Below are positions 36,581 to 49,000 of a DNA stretch of 64,000 bases, piece by piece; position 1 is the stretch's first letter; every line of letters begins with the position of its first letter. Made by a program: the position numbers and the translations under genes. The stretch is from Macrostomum hystrix (lineage: Eukaryota; Animalia; Platyhelminthes). The notes beneath the pieces are model-generated. The model had not been told where the DNA came from and searched no databases. It saw only the letters and a program-made list of their open reading frames with translations. The stretch spans positions 4,092,001 through 4,156,000 of the forward strand of contig CATNEN010000039.1 of the NCBI GenBank assembly GCA_950097015.1, read 5' to 3'.

Positions 36581-37462
36581 GTCTATTTTTAGTGAATATC
36601 AGTAGCGCAAGTGATGTGCAATATGTGAGCTGACTCTTTGTTGCATAAGTTATCTCTGAAAAGACAGTAAGGTAACTGAAAATGTAAGACAAATAAAAAT
36701 TTTGTCAGGCCATCTAGGCTCTAACTTTATTGAAAGTGTTTTATTGAAGATTCATTATTGAAAATATTGAATCTTACTGTTTTCTGGAGTACAAAATATA
36801 AGACTAATTACTTTTACTTTTATCAACAATTACTTTTCAGAAAAATTTTGTACAGTATATCTTGTCATAATTAAGCAAATAGCTATTTAGTTAGGTTTAA
36901 TGCAAAAGCTGTAATAAGACATATTCATATAAAGACATCAAAAGAAAATTACTTTATATTAGCCATTTATTAAAGGCTAACTACAGCCATAGATTAGGCC
37001 TAGAAATTCTGAACTGAATTTATGCTCCTAGCCATTGGCCAAATTCTAGCACTAGCTTTTATTATAATCACTTCCCTAAACTGTTTCAAGACTATCTTCC
37101 TTATCTTTGCCTCTTACCATTTCATTTATCCATCTCCATCTCTACCTTGGCTTATATCACCCCTGTCAACTAGGCCCACTCACTGCTTGGACTTAAAAGA
37201 GATTAAAGAATATTTTGCCATTTAGTTTTGACTATATACATTGGCCCTTGCCCTTGCTTGGTTATTTCTTTTCCACAAAATGGAAATATTATTAATTACA
37301 AGGGATCTGGTACTTTGATATATAAATGAATTCTGTCCCGTACTAAACCGCATTGAAATGTGCCTGTATCTCAAACCCCAAGCTAAACTCTGATTAACTC
37401 GATTTGAAATAGTTGTCTATTTAAACCAATCAATCTACACTGCAATCCACAACTTTGGTAAG

Positions 37463-37600
37463 AAACATGCTGTTTAAAGTGTGGTCTGTCCCACACGTAA
37501 ATATACTACTGGCTCATATACTACTGGTAATTAATTAGTAATGCACAAAGTTTGTATATATTAAGTGTGTGGGACTGACCTCACATTAAATAGCATGTTA
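37463..37600. repeat. ~135-bp imperfect palindrome
   Basis: aacatgctgtttaa..gtcccacac..atata versus tatat..gtgtgggac..ttaaatagcatgtt. Confidence 0.65.
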
Positions 37601-38993
37601 CTTATTTCACAAGTTAAGAGTGAGTAGAAAGTAAGCCAATATTATATTTAGTGTGTTGGTCAGACCACAAAATTAAACTGCAGGTTAAACTTCATGTTAC
37701 TTGCCATTAGAAATGTGTGCATTGCTGTGTATAGCTATTGGTTTAAGTAGTAAAATCTGACTTTAGTTGGCAGTTTGAGATGAGTGCATTTTAATGGGGT
37801 TTAAAATAAAGAATAAGCCAATAATACATGGTTTAACATCTGGAATGACAAGCAGTTTAACATGTGGAATAACACGTGGTTTAACATGTGACAAGTCACA
37901 AACATTACTTGATGCTAATAAAAAAGATGAACATATTTCTTGCCTTGCTTAACTTTTTTATACCTTGCTTATAATTTTATTTTATTTTAAATACTCGCTA
38001 TCTCGTATTTGCTTTATCAAAATAACTCGTTCTTCTGACTTTCTAGAATTCAGACCTAAACTATCATAAATTTCAAAGAGTTAAAAGTTTCAAGTTTGAA
38101 GTTCATTATTGATGAGTCTTGGTGCATCTGCTTTGGTATTTTTATAGGAATTTTCCAATTTATGCAGTTCAGTTCAGCTTCACGATGCAATTGGTCTATA
38201 GGCCTACTGCATACCAGATCACAACAGTGCAGCAATTAGCGGTGAATTGTGTCGCGTCAGTCGGCTTGACCTAGGATATATACAAATAAATATAAGTGAC
38301 CTGAAGGTGCAATGTCAAAGAAAAGCGTGCATTTGAACTTGTGCCAAAACTTGCTGGAAACATATCAACGGATTTATTCTACATTAAAACTTTTTTTAGT
38401 CAGCCTCAAAGTGGGACTTTTTGTCGATGTTCAGTAAAACACAACGTGTTAAGATAGACGCAGAACGTGTTTGTTTCGTTTTAGATTTCAAGATTGTGAA
38501 ACTTATAATTTTTTGGTTTTTATACGGGTTCGTGGTAGCACTTTGAAATTGATGCACGAGCCGCTGGGAAGACGAATGCTGCTTTAGTTTCGAATTATTT
38601 TAAAACGTGCAATTAAATTTATTTAAACCATAATGTACTCAATTGACATGGTTTCGCACTCAATAGTTTAAGTTAGGAGAATCGATAAAAATGTCAATTA
38701 AAACGCTATGCGTTTAGGCGAATCGAATATTTAATGGTTAATAGCCATGCTGTCTACTCTTAAAGTTCTACAAGAGTTTTTTATGTATTCTTTTGATAAA
38801 AATCAACGTTGGGATTCAGTTTTTCATATTGCTTTAAAGATTATCACAGAGCAAACAGTAAAGTTTTGACTGACGATTCATGAGTAGACAAACGCTATTC
38901 TTATTTGAGCCTGCTTCTGTTTGTACTTTGTTCGAATTGTTCGACATGCGGCAAGTTTCTGATGCCGCATGTTAACGGCAGCCATATCTTCAG

Positions 38994-39123
38994 CTGCGGC
39001 GCCACCGTTCTGGTCCTGTCCGTTGTGATTCTGATTGTGAACCTGCCGTTTCTGGCGCTTCGCTGGACATCGGAGTTCTCGGACCAATTAGAGGCTAGGA
39101 ATCTTGTCAAAATCATCCAAATG
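38994..39123 (+). CDS. Possible isolated exon resembling a GPCR TM6 segment
   Basis: ttcag acceptor, GATVLVLSVVILIVNLPFLALRW, ATG|gtaaag donor. No other exons could be assigned. Confidence 0.2.
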
Positions 39124-39850
39124 GTAAAGTCGCTCGCTTTGACCGCCGGAGCAGCCCATTTTCCTGTGCTAATGCTGCCCGAAGCTGGTAGATTTTCGTC
39201 TCGTGGCTGACTTGCTGATAGACGGAGATCAGCAGCGCCCAGCACTGGAAGCCTTCGAGCTAAATGACCACCGCGGCTAGAGCTACTTGAACTGTTTTCT
39301 TCTGATAAATTTGTTTTATGAGCGCTCACGTTTATGCCCTTCGCAAATTCATAGAACCCTTAAATAATTTTTAGGTCTGATTTTTAGCTGTGGTCTACGA
39401 GTTTACAACGTGTCTATAGATGTTAATTGACTAATGAAGGCTTGATCTTGACGGCCATTTTTAGATGAGCTTCTCGAGAAGATTTCTATAAAATCAACGA
39501 TAACGGGGCTGCAACTCAGCCAATGAAAATTTGAAGGCCGTTGTCTAACCAATTCGTTGAGCTTCTCTCTCACGCTTAGTTAGACCAACTGGCGATGGAT
39601 GCAATATTTTGTAACACCTTACTTTTATTCAGACCTTGACTAAAATATGTCTCAATAATTCATAGCTGATACGGCCAACTAGGTTAAATATTGAGCTTCA
39701 TGACTGTACTATTTTAGCAACCAGCAAACCTATATTTTGATCAGGGGCTTAGCTTTTGCTCACACAGGGGGTGCACTGCTTGAAAATTTTGTACTTTTTT
39801 CGAAATATCAATGAACTTTAACGTGCTGAATATTTTGGTGCTGATAATCA

Positions 39851-40365
39851 AGTTAAACAAGTTGGCGCCCCCTTTTGGTCCAGTTTAAACAAGTTGGCGC
39901 CCCCCTTTGGTCCAGTTTAAACAAGTTGGCGCCCCCTTTTGGTCCAGTTTAAACAAGTTGGCGCCCCCCCCTTTGGTCCAGTTTAAACAAGTTGGCGCCC
40001 CCCCCTTTGGTCCAGTTTAAACAAGTTGGCGCCCCCTTTTGGTCCAGTTTAAACAAGTTGGCGCCCCCCCCTTTGGTCCAGTTTAAACAAGTTGGCGCCC
40101 CCCCCTTTGGTCCAGTTTAAACAAGTTGGCGCCCCCCCTTTGGTCCAGTTTAAACAATTTGGCGCCCCCCCTTTGGTCCAGTTTAAACAAGTTGGCGCCC
40201 CCTTTTGGTCCAGTTTAAACAAGTTGGCGCCCCCTTTTGGTCCAGTTTAAACAAGTTGGCGCCCCCTTTTGGTCCAGTTTAAACAAGTTGGCGCCCCCTT
40301 TTGGTCCAGTTTATAGAAAGTTGGCGCCCCCCCTTTGGTCCAGTTTAAAGAAAGTTGGTGCCCCT
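39851..40365. repeat. ~32-bp minisatellite (GTTTAAACAAGTTGGCGCCCCCTTTTGGTCCA) with a variable C-run, possibly inside a MITE
   Basis: About 15 copies. Flanks caggggcttagct (~39742) and agcttcgccctt (~40407) form an imperfect TIR. Confidence 0.93.
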
Positions 40366-41144
40366 AGGTCCTCAAAAACATCCCTCCCCATGCAGTAACA
40401 TGTCCTAGCTTCGCCCTTAATTATGATTAATTTCCTGCTGAAAAGCTATTTCTTTTTCACACGCATTCGCACAGCTAGACTCGATGAAATTGCATTTCAA
40501 TTACGCGCCAAAAGCAGTTTGCCGCACAATTTTGCTCACTCCAATTGTTAGTCTCACAGGAAACCAGACCGATAGTAGACTAGCACAGAATAGAATGCCT
40601 CTCTTCAGGACGACAAAAATTCATCGCTGTTTTCTGTTGTTTACCGACCCTTTCGAATCGAGTGGCGGCTTTATAGTGAGGGCAGCAGGGATAGACAATG
40701 TGAGGCAATTTTTTCGAGGCCAAATTCAGAAAAAACTAAAAAGAAATAAGCGGTGTCCAATGAGCATGACCATTTTCTCCTGACACTCAGTCAAGCAACG
40801 CATTTTCTGTTACTGGGGTTGATGTACACGTACGGCTAGACGCATTGACAAACTCTACACTATTTTATGTCTTGGCTTTGAATAGCATTGAATAGAGCAC
40901 ATTCTAATGGCCTGATACAGTCAGTTAAAAAAAGCATTAGTCACGAACTAACGGCAAACTTTGAGAGACCACTAGGTGATCATACACAAATTTCAAAATA
41001 TACATTAAATGGAATTAAATCAAAGGATGGCTACCGGAACTATGAATAGCAGGTGAGTTTATTAAGACTTCTATGTGAGCTGTGCGCCAGTTTAATCCAT
41101 TTTTATCAATAGTGGATAGATCCGAAGCAGAAATGTTACACAAA

Positions 41145-41675
41145 GCTAGAATCACAGAAGGTGTCACCACACCTAGACTAGACTCACAGAAGGTGTCACC
41201 ACGCCTAGACTAGAATCTCAGCAGGTATCACCGTGCCTAGACTAGACTCACAGCAGGTATCACCGTGCCTAGACTAGACTCACAGCAGGTGTCACCGCAC
41301 CTAGACTAGAATCTCAGCAGGTGTCACCACGCCTAGACTATAATCACAGCAGGTGTCACCGCACCTAGACTAGAATCACAGCAGGTATAACAACACCTAG
41401 ACTAGAATCACAGCAGGTGTCACCACGCCTAGACAAGAATCACAGCAGGTGTCACCGCACCTAGACTAGAATCACAGCAGGTATAACAACACCTAGACTA
41501 GAATCACAGCAGGTGTCACCACGCCTAGACAAGAATCACAGCAGGTGTCACCACACCAAAACTAGAATCACAGCAGGTATCGCCACGCCTAGACAAGAAT
41601 CACAGCAGGTGTCACCACGCCTAGACTAGAATCACAGCAGGAATAATAACACCTAGACTAGAATCACAGCAGGTA
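41145..41675. repeat. 32-bp minisatellite (CCTAGACTAGAATCACAGCAGGTGTCACCACG)
   Basis: Period 32, lying ~90 nt downstream of a strong CAG|GTGAGT donor at 41052/41053. Confidence 0.95.
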
Positions 41676-43010
41676 TTTCCCAATTAGTTGCATCTGGTAT
41701 CTGCATTGATTAAATTGTTTATGGTCGAAACACTGGGTTATTGGGATGACCACTTAATTGATCCTAGGTCAAATTAAGAAATTTAGAAATTTCTAGAAAT
41801 CTAGAAATTTACCAAAAAGTGACATTTCGAACAATTTTCGGATTAAAGAAATTTGGTTGGTCTTATGTATGGACTTCTATAGCTAGCATCTAAGCAAGAA
41901 GTCCATGGGATTTCTTCTGCATAACTACCCGTCCATTTTCTGTCAGAATCATTGTGCAGCTGGAATGCTTTTTGGCTTATGATTTGAGATTTCCATAAAA
42001 TTATTTGCTTATTTTTGTTAATTTGCGCAAAAACCAAAAAATCTTGGTTGGCGTACTATAGAATCTTGGACACTACTTATCCTAATATCACGAGTAGTGA
42101 ATACGCTTATTGATCATTTACGGAAGAAGGAAGTGAATTAAAAATCCCGGGAATAGAATGCTGTGGGTGGAGCTCCAACCTGGCTGACTCACGCGCCGCT
42201 TGAGCACAAGCGGGGGTTGAGCAGAGGGTAAGAGAGCAAATGGCCGGTACGCACTACCCAGCCCATTGTATACAGTTAATTTCTTGCCTAGTACATGTAC
42301 GCGTAGCTGCGCCCACCACTCCAACTGCGCTCTGAGTAGTGGCTCAGAGACCACAGTGCCTTGTATTACACAGTATGCGAATCCAGGGGCAGGTCGTCTG
42401 TCTGTCAAATAGCTCAAATGTCAAAAGTTTTGCAGCCAATTGCATAGAAATCTCCAAAAATTGCCACCTCTCGCTTTGATGCGGCGGACCAGTGGTCACT
42501 CGGGCACCCAGAAACAACTCGCGACTCTCGCATTGTTCTGCATGTCAAATTTAGTCGCATTGTCTGTTGCAATGTTTAGCTTTAAGAACTGCTTTTAGTA
42601 GCACAATAGCAAGCACTCGATTCTCTCTGTCTGTCGTTCTCGTCTCCGATAAAACTATTTGCCCGTCTTCAACTTCTGCCCTACGGGCCTCACCCTTCAT
42701 GGAAAGCCAGGAGCATTTGAGCAGTCAGCGTACTGTGGAGAAGCACGGAGAGAGAAGGGAGGGTATAGAGAGGCCGGGTGGAAAGAGAGATCTCAGGTCG
42801 CGGCCCGCCCACCTCTGCACCTCTCGCCGCTTTGCAAATGTACATTATGGGGCCAAATTCTTTCGCATTTGAGATCATCGCCCAGCTCTGAAAGCACGCA
42901 AGCCTCACAATCACCAGCTCAGGAGGATACAGATCCAAATTGTCTTGGAGAAAATAGGCCATCAGTTAACTCGCTAGAGATTTAGGCGTGGCAACTCTCT
43001 GATAGAGAAT

Positions 43011-46000
43011 ATGTCAGCAGCTGCAACAGGCGGAAGTGGCGTCGGCGGTAGCGGTGGCGGTGGCGGTGGCGGTGCCGGTGGCGGTGGCGGCTATGAAAAC
43101 CGCAGCTACAGCACAATGGCCTATCCTGGCAGTCATTCCAGAACTGACACCCTGGAGGAGAATGTGCTGACAACCAAGACTGAAGTCTTCATCAAGGAGG
43201 ATGGCATCGCTCTGAAGCAGCCGAACTTCACCCGCGAGGAGGTGCAGGATTGGGTGGGCCGCATCCTGGACTGGGTCCACGGCCCCGGCACCAAGCTCCT
43301 AGAGTCTCAGCGCGAGCTGCCGACCAACTTCGAAGAGGCGGAGAGAATTCGCAAGAATCATGAACAGTTCGAGTTCAAATGCATGGTGAGGCCGCTCGCA
43401 CTTTCTATTTCGTGTGTTTTTGTTGACGAACCTTTAAAAATTTTGCAACGGATCTGTGGCTATTAATTTATTTCTTCGCGTCGTCACATGAGTCTTTCCA
43501 ACGGGCTGCGGAAGCCGATTTGCTCCGAAGCCCAGTACATGAAATAGGTAGTCAGCCCTCTTGACATGACAAATGACATTCGTAGCCAGGTAACCGCGTA
43601 ATAAAATTGCAGAAAGCCCTGGCAACCTATGCTAAACTGCGCGACATTCGCTCAGACGACAACGAAGTTGCCGAGTACATTGAAAAGCTGGAGATCACCA
43701 TCCAGGACTTTCTTCGCCGACTGCAGAATCGTCGTCAGGTTGTTGTCTCATTGTATACCTTCTTCAGACTGCAGCGAGAATTAGAAACCTACTTCAGCGA
43801 CATCGGCAACATTCTGCGCCGCGAGTCGCATCTTCGCATCGAAGACACTGAGCACTACCTGAAGGAGGTGGAGCGGGTGCTGCGCTACGCCGAGAATCTC
43901 TACCAGCAGATCTTCCTGGAGGGAGAGCGCATCAAGCTGATTGTCTCCGTGCAGGAGATCCTCGTCATTGTCGCCGACTACCTCGCTGACATTAAGCAGC
44001 GACTTGGCAAACAGTTCGAGCTACTGAAGCTGCGCATTCTCGAGACTCGAAAATACCTCCAACTGCTAGTTTACGACAGGGACTCGAAGCAGACTGTCAC
44101 CTGGCTTGACGACATCATTCGTATCGTGATTGAGACCTATCTCAAATACAACATCGGCAAGACACCGATGGAAACCCAGCAGCTGCTGCAGCAGCATCAG
44201 ACTCTGGAGACTAAATCTAAGGTAAATTATGAGTACCTATGAGCGTACAGTTAGTTTCAGTCTCTTTAAAGCTGACGAGCTTGATTTGCATTGGCGCTTT
44301 ATTACATGTACGATCTCGTGTAAGTCCCATATTTATGCATCCCGTGTTCCATTCAAGTCGACCGGATACATAAGCAGTTTCTTGAACAAGTATGGAACAA
44401 AATATATCAGACACCTTCCGCGAACTCCATCACTGACAGGAGACATACGACTACGGCTTGGAGCTCACTAAATCCCTCTCCAAGATGCTTGCCGACCAGG
44501 GCAAGCCGACGAAGGCCTGCACGGATTTGCGCGGCGCCCTCGATGTCAACTGGAGTCGCCTAGGCGACATCCTCGGCGAGATTGGCGACCGGTACAAAGC
44601 TGCGGACGCCTTCTATGAGAATGTTGACCTGGTGAGCTCACTGAGTCGTTAAGGAATTTTCCGAAATCTGAGGAAATTTCCTGTCTGTAAAATTTCCTTT
44701 CTTAACAACATAGAATATGGAAATTCAAAGCCATAGACTATGAAAATTCAAATGCCCTAGACTATGGAAATTCAAATGCAATGGCTTATGAAAATTCCAA
44801 CGCAATAGCCTATGGAAATTCCAATGCAATAGTCTATGGAAATCCGAACGCCATAGAATATGGAACTTCCAATGTCATAAAATATAAAACTACCAAACGC
44901 TGTAAGATATAGAATTTTTACAGCAAGAGTAAATGAACAATACGGTAAAAAGTAACGTTTTATGAGTAGCCGAAACACGATGTCGTGCCCATCGACACGC
45001 AAACTTCAGAATCTGGAACGAATCGAGCGACTGATCCTGCTTATCTGTCGCGATCTGGACACGGGCATAACGCTGGACGATGTGCGCAAAACGTACGCCA
45101 CCGAGCGCAACGAAATTGTGCGCGCCTACGAGAGCACCAAAAATATTGGCGTAGGCCTCATGGAGCGAATACGGCACGCAGTTGCCAATCTGTGAGAGAT
45201 TAGGATTGACATGGATGGGGAATGGGATTAGGGGATTGAGATCATTCTAGTGGGTCCTCATGGCTATAAAAAAAATAATTGATTACACCTGCCCCAAATG
45301 GCCAGACGTGCAGCATCTTAAGATTGCGTACGGCTGTTCAGTCCATGGACTGGGGGGACGCCACACCCGCCCTCAATTGCCACAGCTGATACTAGCACCC
45401 ATTTAACAACTGGGTGAACTAAAGCACTGCAGAGTTCAGTGTCTTACTAAAGGACGCAAATTGTTCCAGTGGAGTCGGGAATCGAACCCCCGACATTAAA
45501 GTCGTGATTCCGACGCCCCGACCACTAGGTTACAACCTACTCAACCCCTCATCCTCATGGACCACCCATAATTAGAAGTCATCTATTTGTCTATTACCTA
45601 CGTCACACAGGCCAGACACAGTCAACCAGTCAATGATAAACGAAGTGACCGACATAATCAAGGTGAAATTGTTCACGCTGTGGCTGAAAATCCGCGAGCT
45701 CTACTATTACCTGGGCCAGGTGATTGAGGTCACGGAGATCACAGAGCGCTGGCAGGTTATCAGGATATCGATTGATAAGGTGAGAATAATACTAATTGTG
45801 AAGTGCTAGCAGTATGAATCAGATGTCTTGTTGAATGCCGCGATTAACTTTTAGTTCTTCGAGCGCATGCTATTCTGGGAGGCCAGGTGGAAAGAGGGCA
45901 AGCTGCCATTCACCATCCCGGAGGCTGAGTACCTCATCAGCGAGCACCAGAAGGCCAAGGAGGAGATTCGCAACCTGTGGCAGAATGTCGACATGGATCT

Positions 46001-49000
46001 GCAGAAAATTATTCGCGAAAGCGACTCCGTAGAGGTGGCCCGAATGGCCGAGAAGGCCGGCCAGGACGCCAAGACCAAGAAAGAGGAGTGGATGAAGCGC
46101 TGGGAGCGGCACATGGAGATTCTGGACATGCGCTACCGCCTGCTGCTGCGGCTGCGGGATCTGGACCTGGAGATTGACGGCCTGCTGGCTCGACTGGCCC
46201 AGCTGGAGGAGCAGCCGGTTGATGAGGCCGGCATTGTGGCCCAGACTGCCAGGGAGGCTGGCAAACTGTCTGCTGCGGTGGCGGTGAGAAGGGGATCACA
46301 GAGCTGAGCACACCCATAGGTATCTAGGCCTTAGAAACTGGAATTGGGACTGTCGTGTGCGACAGAAATTTCACTCCGAATAAGCCAATTATTAAAAGCA
46401 TGCATAAATTACACATTCAGTTGATTGCATCTAGATAAGCATATAACTTCACAAAAGGGGGCCTGAATCCGCATTCTTTTTTCTTTCTGAAAGGTCAGGA
46501 GTTCGAATCTTAGCGCATAGGAACCCAACCTATTTGTGTGATTGAGCAAAACACTTTATAGAACACTAGATGGTTCTAGGAGAGGGTTCTTGGAGTGGGT
46601 TCTAGGAGAGGGTTCTAGGAGAGGGTTCTAGGAGAGGGTTATAGGAGTGGGTTATAGGAGTGGGTTCTAGGAAAGCGTTCTAGGAGAGGGTTCTAGGAGA
46701 GGGTTCTAGGTGGTTCTAGGAAAGGGTTCTAGGAGAGGGTTCTAGGAGTGGGTTCTAGGAGTGGGTTCTAGGAGAGGGTTCTAGGAGAGGGTTCTAGGAG
46801 AGGGTTCTAGGAGAGGGTTCTAGGAGAGGGTTCTAGGTGGTTCTAGAAAAGGGTTCTAGGAGAGGGTTCTAGGAGTGGGTTCTAGGAGAGGGTTCTAGGA
46901 GAGGGTTCTAGGAGAGGGTTCTAGGAGAGGGTTCTAGGAGAGGGTTCTAGGAGAGGGTTCTAGGAGAGGGATAGTGTTGTCTAATGCTGTTGTTAGGCCA
47001 TTAGAGAAGCTAGGAAATCTGATTTATGAGACCACGCTGACCCGCATTTCGCAGGAGGTCCGCCCGCGGATGCAGGCGCTGTTCAAGGAGACGCGCGAAA
47101 AAGTGCGTCAGGACTTCGAGCGACACACCGAACCGATCGAAGCTAAATGGCAGAAGTTTGTCAAGGAGCTGGAGCTCTTCCAGATGTTCATCGACACGAT
47201 TCTGAGGGTGCGTGTTTCAGGAAAATTCTAATATTCATATCTGAATTTGTGCCTCGCAATCATTGACACTTCCGTTTCCCATCTTAACCGGATTCACACC
47301 TGTGCAGATGCTGCAGTACATAGAAAAGCTCTACGCTTTCATCGAGGAGCTGAACGTCCAGCTGCCTCTTTGCCGCGGTCGGGAAGAGGCCGAGCCTTGG
47401 TTTCAGAAGATCCTGGGCTACAACAAGACCACAGCCAGCTTCGACTGCGACTGGCTGGTCAATGTGGCCACGCGGCTGTTTGGTAAGCGTAAATTAGTTT
47501 CACAGCACTACTTATAGTAGAAACAGTTAACGGGAGAAGGACCACGGTGGCATTTCAAATACCCAAATTTTTTAGTTTCTGTTAAATTTTCAAACTATCT
47601 CCATGAAAATCCACGGGCTACACCGCTCTGTCCGATGGAAAAAACATCCAAAATCACAAAACATCGGCGTCGTCCAGATATTCAACGCCGGAGTGTCAGG
47701 TGGCAAAAAACCACCTGATAGGGATCATTTTTTCTGCTCACAAAATTTCATAATAGGACCATGTCGGCTCCACAAGCTAAGTCAAACAGGACCTTGTTTC
47801 CTCAGCATCCCAGTAACCAGGGTCCCTTCATCGCCGTCTGGAGCATCGGAAGCGACTGGCTTTGAAGGCTCGTTTATTGTAGAGAGCGGAAAAAATTTTA
47901 TCCATACGGTGGGAGCTATCGTGAAGTAGACAGTGGATATTTGAAATAACCCCCTGTGGTATTTCCCCATGGGAGGAAAATGGCGAGATTTTTCAACTGT
48001 TAATGAAAACGAAGGCTAGAATCATTCCAAGTCGGATTTTTGGTTCTGTTTTAACTACCGCACTTAACACTCGTAGAGGGACTATATATAATGTTCTGCA
48101 ATGTTCCCGTACAGGAAGCGACGAAAAGCCGCGACCAGTGATTGAGAAGCTGCGACTGATCACAGCCAAGCTCAAGGTGTTCGAGATGAACATCACGGAG
48201 ATGGTCACCATCGGAACCGTCACCGTGGTCCATGCGGTGCGAAAGGAGCGAAAATTCTTCCGCGAGCTGGCTGACATCACACTGACGGAGGGCTCACCCT
48301 GCTCCCTGGAGGTCGAGTACTCAACACCGGACGGCAGCGGCGAGGTTGAGTGGCAGCGCAACGGACGGCCGCTGCCGACTAACAAAATCGGCGGCAAGTG
48401 GACGCTTGACGACCAGGACAGCTACACGGCCGTGGCCTGCGACAATGTCACCGTGGACGACGCTGGCACCTTCGCGTGTGTGATTCGGGACTCCACAGGC
48501 GTCATGGAGACCAACTGCCGGGTGCGGGTGCTCTGCCCGCCGACCTTCACCATGGAGCTGCGCCCGGCGCGCGTCAACCAGGACGAGCCGCTGCTGCTGC
48601 AGTGCAAGGTGAAGGGCTCGCCGAATCCGGACATCAAGTGGTTCAAGGACAGCCAGCCGTTGAAGCACGGCTTCGACTACGAGATTGAAAACCTTGACGG
48701 AGTGTGCGCCCTGAAGGTCACGCGAGTGGATGGTTCGCACGCCGGCGCTTATTGTTGCCGCGCAGTTAACCAAGCCGGCGAGGCCAGCACTAGCGCCAGC
48801 GTTGAGGTCAAGGGTGAGCTCGAGATGCACTCGCTATCGATTTATTCCCCATCGTCCAAGTGTTTTGGTGGAATTCAATTGGTGAATTCCAATGAACCCT
48901 CATGGATTCTCGATTAACCCTCATGGATTCTTAATAAACACCCATGGATTCACAATGAACCCTCATGGATTCTCGATTAACCCTCATGGATTCTTAATAA

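Noticed and set aside
39851-41675. CRISPR-like appearance of the 32-bp repeats
   Set aside because: The units are head-to-tail with no unique spacers, there are no cas genes, and the context is eukaryotic.
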